DNA from: an uncultured bacterium
GTDB taxonomy: Bacteria > Fidelibacterota > Marinisomatia > Marinisomatales > JABMOV01
Assembly (NCBI GenBank): GCA_964344305.1
Contig: CAYFMT010000002.1
Coordinates: forward strand, 76,310-140,309
Length of the DNA: 64,000 nt
Direction of reading: 5' to 3'
How positions within the stretch are numbered: position 1 is the stretch's first letter; every line of letters begins with the position of its first letter. Shown in pieces: positions 59,180-64,000 of this stretch. The translations under genes were made by a program, and so were the position numbers. The notes below the pieces were generated by a model. The model was not told the DNA's origin, did no database searches, and saw only the letters and a list, made by a program, of their open reading frames with translations.

Positions 59180-61372
59180 TTATGAAGGAGTATCAGAGTC
59201 CAGTTTTGGAGGTTTGATTGGTAGTGTGTGCCCTTCTGATGGTTTGCCTTTTGAAGGTTTCCGACGGTTCTGGGGTTTCTTTCCTGCATTACCGGTGTTT
59301 TTATCCTTGTTGGTATCGGCTACTTTTTGACTTCTCTGTGGACTGTTTCCACCTGGATTAGGTTTTCTGGGCCGTCTTCTCCGTCTGGGTCCTCCCTGAC
59401 CGGTTGATTTTGTCCTGTTGAGTCGTTTTCCATCAAGAATCAGTTTAATATCAGCGGAATCAATGGTTTCATGCTTTAACAATTCTTCAGACATGAGATT
59501 TAAAGTATCCATGTTTTCTTTCAAAACTGTTTCGGCAGTTTTTTGGGCTTTACGAACGATTCGTACTACTTCTTCATCAATCATCCTTGCTGTGACTTCA
59601 CTGTAATCCCTGTGGGATTGAATTTCTCTACCAAGGAATATTTCTTCATTTTTCTTACCGAATGTCATGGGACCCAGCACATCGCTCATGCCCCATTCAC
59701 ATACCATTTTTCGTGCAATCATAGTTGCCTGTTCAATATCGTTTCCAGCGCCTGTTGTTAACTCGTTAAACACAATTTGTTCGGCGGCACGACCACCCAT
59801 CATTATTGCAAGACGTCCTTCAATGTATTTTTTTGAATACCCATGTTTTTCATCTATGGGTAACTGCATGGTTACTCCCAGCGCTCGTCCTCGTGGTATT
59901 ATAGTCACCTTGTGGACTGGATCTGCACCCTTGATGTTTGCCGCAACCAATGCATGACCCGCTTCATGGTAGGCCGTTGTACGTTTCTCTCCTTCGGAAA
60001 GTACGACACTTTTTCTTTGTACACCCATCATGACTTTGTCTTTTGCTTCCTCAAAATCATCCATGTCTACTGAAGACTTTTTCTTCCGTGCCGCAAGCAG
60101 GGCTGCTTCATTCACAACATTGGCCAGATCGGCTCCTACCATTCCCGGTGTCCCTTTTGCCAGGGATTCGAGTTTGACTTTCCGCTTATTCACCACAATA
60201 TTTTTCGTGTGAACCTGGAGAATTCCCAGACGCCCTTTTACATCAGGAACATCCACAACAACCTGCCTGTCAAATCGTCCCGGTCTTAACAGGGCAGAGT
60301 CCAGAACATCCGGTCGGTTTGTCGCAGCCATAACGATGATATTCATGTTGGGTTCAAAACCATCCAACTCAACCAGGAGCTGGTTTAATGTCTGTTCTCT
60401 TTCATCATGTCCGCCACCGAGCCCGGCACCACGTTGACGACCTACCGCATCCAGCTCATCGATAAAGATAATACACGGCGCATGCTTCTTCCCCTGCTCA
60501 AACAGATCACGAACACGGCTGGCACCAACTCCCACAAACATCTCAACAAAGTCAGCACCACTGAGACTGAAAAATGGGACATTTGCTTCACCGGCTACAG
60601 CCCTTGCAAGAAGTGTTTTCCCTGTCCCGGGAGGTCCCACAAGCAACACACCTTTTGGTATTTTTGCTCCAAGTTTCTGGAATCGCTTTGGATACTTGAG
60701 AAAGTCAATGACCTCCTTCAACTCTTCTTTTGCTTCAATGACACCGGCCACATCCTTAAAGGTAATTTTTTCCTGTGCAGTAGACATCATTTTTGCTTTG
60801 CTCTTTCCAAAGTTGAATACACTTTTCATACCGCCGGCTCCGCCCTGCATTCTTCGCATAAGGAAAATCCAGAAGCCGATTAATAAGATCCATGGAAGCA
60901 TCTGAAGCATGTAACCAGTCCAATCAATGGTCTGCTTCTTAAAGTTATATTTCACACCCAGGCCGTCCCATTCTGACATCATTTCTCGGTCAATAAATGG
61001 AAACTCAAGATAGAAATTGGTTATTTCAACCACCGTCCCCATCTCTGTGACAATGGTTTGAGGTGATGTCAGGACGCCATGAAACGTGTTCTGGACAATC
61101 TCAGCTTCCTTGATGAGTTTTTGCTCAAGGAATGTCCTGTAGTCCGGATATTCGATTTCTGTTTCTTTCCGTGCATTTTCCGTGAATAATCCTGACAGGA
61201 AGATGGCACCAATGATCAATACAACCCAGATGAATGAGGTTTTTCCGGCTCGTTTCCACTGGAATTGTGAATTTTCATCTCCCTTTTTTTCTGGTTTCTT
61301 TGGTGCATTTTTTTGCGGTGGTTTTGGAGGTGTATAATGCGGATCTTTCATTTTCTTCGCATATACTTTCAT
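59180..61372 (-). CDS. ftsH: ATP-dependent zinc metalloprotease FtsH with a basic low-complexity C-terminal tail
   Basis: [27 protein letters not shown] (HExxH) and two N-terminal TM helices. 730 aa, with about 85 R/K/P/G/N-rich residues at the C-terminus. Confidence 0.97.
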   Translation of the reverse strand: MKVYAKKMKDPHYTPPKPPQKNAPKKPEKKGDENSQFQWKRAGKTSFIWVVLIIGAIFLSGLFTENARKETEIEYPDYRTFLEQKLIKEAEIVQNTFHGVLTSPQTIVTEMGTVVEITNFYLEFPFIDREMMSEWDGLGVKYNFKKQTIDWTGYMLQMLPWILLIGFWIFLMRRMQGGAGGMKSVFNFGKSKAKMMSTAQEKITFKDVAGVIEAKEELKEVIDFLKYPKRFQKLGAKIPKGVLLVGPPGTGKTLLARAVAGEANVPFFSLSGADFVEMFVGVGASRVRDLFEQGKKHAPCIIFIDELDAVGRQRGAGLGGGHDEREQTLNQLLVELDGFEPNMNIIVMAATNRPDVLDSALLRPGRFDRQVVVDVPDVKGRLGILQVHTKNIVVNKRKVKLESLAKGTPGMVGADLANVVNEAALLAARKKKSSVDMDDFEEAKDKVMMGVQRKSVVLSEGEKRTTAYHEAGHALVAANIKGADPVHKVTIIPRGRALGVTMQLPIDEKHGYSKKYIEGRLAIMMGGRAAEQIVFNELTTGAGNDIEQATMIARKMVCEWGMSDVLGPMTFGKKNEEIFLGREIQSHRDYSEVTARMIDEEVVRIVRKAQKTAETVLKENMDTLNLMSEELLKHETIDSADIKLILDGKRLNRTKSTGQGGPRRRRRPRKPNPGGNSPQRSQKVADTNKDKNTGNAGKKPQNRRKPSKGKPSEGHTLPIKPPKLDSDTPS

Positions 61373-61377
61373 GTGAT

Positions 61378-61908
61378 TTATTTCCCTTCTAATCGGTATA
61401 TCCCCGGCAGATGCCGGAGTTTCTGATCGTAATCCAATCCATAGCCCACTACAAATTCCGGCGGGATCTCAAACCCAATGTAATCAATGGGGAAATCAAC
61501 CGATGTTATTTCCGGTTTCATGAGCAATGTCAGAAATGTGAGTGATTTTGGACTGGCGCCTTCCAGGCGTTCTTTCAAAAATGATATGGTTAGACCTGAG
61601 TCGATGATATCTTCCACAATGACAACATGTCGATCTGTTATGTCTGCCGATATATCCTTTAACAGGCGAACAGTTCCGGTAGATTCTGTTTTTGCGTAGC
61701 TAGATACCTTGATGAAATCCATTTCGCAATCTATGCACATATACCGTAGCAAGTCCGCCATGACAATGAAACTTCCATTCAGTACGCCAATAAATATAGG
61801 TACTTCCGACGCGAATCGTTTGGAGATGTCATCCGCCATTTCCTTTAATCGGTTCTGTATATCATCAGGACTTAAGAGTGGTTTCAGGTTAAAGCCATAT
61901 GTATTCAT
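61378..61908 (-). CDS. hpt: Hypoxanthine phosphoribosyltransferase
   Basis: PRPP-binding motif [13 protein letters not shown]. 176 aa. Conserved tilS-hpt-ftsH order. Confidence 0.9.
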   Translation of the reverse strand: MNTYGFNLKPLLSPDDIQNRLKEMADDISKRFASEVPIFIGVLNGSFIVMADLLRYMCIDCEMDFIKVSSYAKTESTGTVRLLKDISADITDRHVVIVEDIIDSGLTISFLKERLEGASPKSLTFLTLLMKPEITSVDFPIDYIGFEIPPEFVVGYGLDYDQKLRHLPGIYRLEGK

Positions 61909-61912
61909 GGGT

Positions 61913-63265
61913 CTACAATTGCCTCATTGTTAATTCCATGACTTGTTTTGTGTTAGGAGTTATTTTGTACGTTTCACTGATCTGTTGACCACAAACCCAG
62001 ACGATTTCCTCATCTGCTGTTAACACAACCTGTCTCCTCTTTGTAAACAGGTCCATTTTTCGATCAATAAGCAGATCACTGATTTTTTTTCTTTGGGTCA
62101 TTCCCAATGGGATAAAACTGTCACCGGGTCTCCAACTCCTCAGGAGAAGTGATTTGTTTTCCAATTTATCTGCATCTACATACTCCACATACGGATTCTG
62201 TTTGAATACAGGTACGGTGTGATGGGAACATCCCTTCATTTCATAACCATAGATAGAAATGGGTGATTTACCATCCCAGGTTACTTCAACATTTTCTTGG
62301 TTCAGTTTTTCCAGAATAATTTCCTGTCTATTTCGAATCAATTCCCAATCGCCCAATTCCAGGATCGTTCCGGTTTTTGAATGCAAAAGGAATTGTTTGA
62401 TACGATTCCATTCATCAGTTCTAAGGGATCGATGGATGTCACAACGACTGAGCAAAAACCGTACCTGCAATAATAGTGGGACATTCTGGAAGACATTCAG
62501 CTGGATCACATCACGTTTTTCAGCATCTTTAATACCCATGTCTCCTTTCAGGCGTTTCAATGAGTATTGAATGACTTCTTCTATTTCATTCATGGTTTCA
62601 GAGGTACGAACCGACGATTCTGTAAGCTTTTTAAATCGTGATTCCATCACAGGTACAATTTTGTGACGAATGTAATTTCTCGTCCGGGTTAATTCATCAT
62701 TGGATTCATCAAAAACAAAGTCAACTTTATTTTCTTTTGAATAGGCCGAAACATCTTCTTTTGAACAATTCAACATCGGTCGAATGATATTCTCACGCTT
62801 ATGTCTGATTCCGGATAAACCACGTGGACCTGAACCCTCCACAATCCGTTGAATCATGGTTTCAAGTTGATCATTGCCATGGTGGGCCGTGCAAATCCAA
62901 TCTGCGTTTATTTGTTCGCAGGTTTCCTGAAACGCATCATAGCGTTCCCGGCGTGCCCAGGCTTCTTCATTGTCTGATGGTTGGATCTTTGTAACATCCA
63001 GATGCTTAACAAAAAACTGGATATTATTGGTTTCGCACCAGGATCGGACAAACAGTTCATCCTTGTCTGAATTTTTACGCAAATGATGATTTACATGAAT
63101 AATCGAGATTCGAAAATCTTTATGGGCTGATAATGTGATGAGCGCATGACTCAATACCATGGAATCCTCTCCACCGGAAACGCAGACCAGAAAGTGATTA
63201 CCGACTATTGATGATACTGTTTTCTTCAGTGAACCATCAATTTTTTGAACCAGTGGATGAACCAT
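61913..63265 (-). CDS. tilS: tRNA(Ile)-lysidine synthase
   Basis: PP-loop VCVSGGEDSMVL. 450 aa, upstream of hpt-ftsH. Confidence 0.9.
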   Translation of the reverse strand: MVHPLVQKIDGSLKKTVSSIVGNHFLVCVSGGEDSMVLSHALITLSAHKDFRISIIHVNHHLRKNSDKDELFVRSWCETNNIQFFVKHLDVTKIQPSDNEEAWARRERYDAFQETCEQINADWICTAHHGNDQLETMIQRIVEGSGPRGLSGIRHKRENIIRPMLNCSKEDVSAYSKENKVDFVFDESNDELTRTRNYIRHKIVPVMESRFKKLTESSVRTSETMNEIEEVIQYSLKRLKGDMGIKDAEKRDVIQLNVFQNVPLLLQVRFLLSRCDIHRSLRTDEWNRIKQFLLHSKTGTILELGDWELIRNRQEIILEKLNQENVEVTWDGKSPISIYGYEMKGCSHHTVPVFKQNPYVEYVDADKLENKSLLLRSWRPGDSFIPLGMTQRKKISDLLIDRKMDLFTKRRQVVLTADEEIVWVCGQQISETYKITPNTKQVMELTMRQL

Positions 63266-64000
63266 TTACTTGACTTGTCTTACAACTTCGGTTGCATCCT
63301 TAGCAGTAGACATGATATAAAAATGAATGCATGGAACGCCAAACTCAATGAGTTCATGGCATTGCTGGATGGCCCACTTTATGCCGATGTCTGCCACTTC
63401 GTCATCAGATGCCTGTGAAATCTGGCTTGACAGATCCTCAGGCACGTCGACATAGAAATTTTTTGGGATTGATACCAGATGGTTTTTTCTATTGATAATC
63501 TTGATACCAGGTAGGATGGGAACTGTAATACCTGCAGTTCTACACTTTTTAACAAATTCAAAAAACCGTTGATTATCAAAATGCATTTGAGTCACGATGT
63601 AATCAGCTCCTGCATCAACCTTACGTTTTAACTGCTGGATGTCGGTTTGGAGATTAGGGGCTTCAAAATGCTTTTCAGGGTACCCGCCAGCCCCAATGCA
63701 AAAATCCGTGGCGTGTGCATCTACAAGATCTTCAAGATACTGACCGTTATTCATAGACTGGATCTGTTGCACAAGTTCCGATGCATACAGGTTACGGGTT
63801 TTTCCGGTGGATGTGTTGGTTGGTTTCTGGAGATCATCCCCCCGTACTGCAAACACATTGTCAATGCCCAGGTAGTTTAATTCTATGAGAGCATCTTCTG
63901 TTTCTTCGCGTGTAAACCCATAGCATAAAAGATGAGGAACTGTTTCAACATTATAACGATTTTTAATGGCCGCACTTAATCCAATGGTACCGGGTCGTTT
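63266..64000 (-). CDS. metF: Methylenetetrahydrofolate reductase, C-terminal part (gene runs off the right edge)
   Basis: The frame stays open to position 64000. Hand translation gives KRPGTIGLSAAIKNRYNVETVPHLLCYGFTREETEDALIELNYLGIDNVFAVRGDD..., so the GTG start in the ORF track is internal. AGADYIVTQMHFD and PILPGI are MetF motifs. Confidence 0.85.
   Translation of the reverse strand, partial: KRPGTIGLSAAIKNRYNVETVPHLLCYGFTREETEDALIELNYLGIDNVFAVRGDDLQKPTNTSTGKTRNLYASELVQQIQSMNNGQYLEDLVDAHATDFCIGAGGYPEKHFEAPNLQTDIQQLKRKVDAGADYIVTQMHFDNQRFFEFVKKCRTAGITVPILPGIKIINRKNHLVSIPKNFYVDVPEDLSSQISQASDDEVADIGIKWAIQQCHELIEFGVPCIHFYIMSTAKDATEVVRQVK

Overview
This is a bacterial chromosomal window. Gene content suggests an FCB-group-like Gram-negative organism: TamA/TamB, LolCDE, a C25 peptidase with a T9SS/FlgD-Ig-type C-terminal domain, a PorV/PorQ-like barrel and a PcrB/GGGPS homologue. 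That lineage call is inference only. About 50 kb (1-2773 and 13978-64000) is tightly packed housekeeping DNA, all on the minus strand. It includes rimM-KH-rpsP-ffh, mutL, ftcD, xerD, gcvH, accBC-efp, a MoxR operon, tamAB-like genes, dnaK, clpC, lolCDE, lysS, prfB with its +1 frameshift, a PorU/PorV-like cluster, a complete-looking menaquinone operon, cdaA, folP, ftsH, hpt, tilS and metF. The only plus-strand genes form one contiguous 11-kb block (2959-13974) carrying accessory cargo: an aquaporin and a DASS transporter, YefM/YoeB, Ogt, a lipoprotein, an AT-rich island and a Fic protein. The island holds a radC-like JAB gene translationally coupled to a type III-like mod-res pair. In it, radC has an in-frame TAA, res has a 1-nt frameshift at a T5 run, and mod is intact. 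That island is the best candidate for anything system-like and unusual. Secondary oddities are a canonical C2H2 zinc-finger motif inside the formiminotransferase-cyclodeaminase, very long low-complexity tails on bS16 and FtsH, and a bacterial GGGPS/PcrB homologue. I found no rRNA, tRNA, CRISPR array, transposase or integrase next to the island. All calls come from reading the ORF translations and the DNA by eye; no database search was possible.
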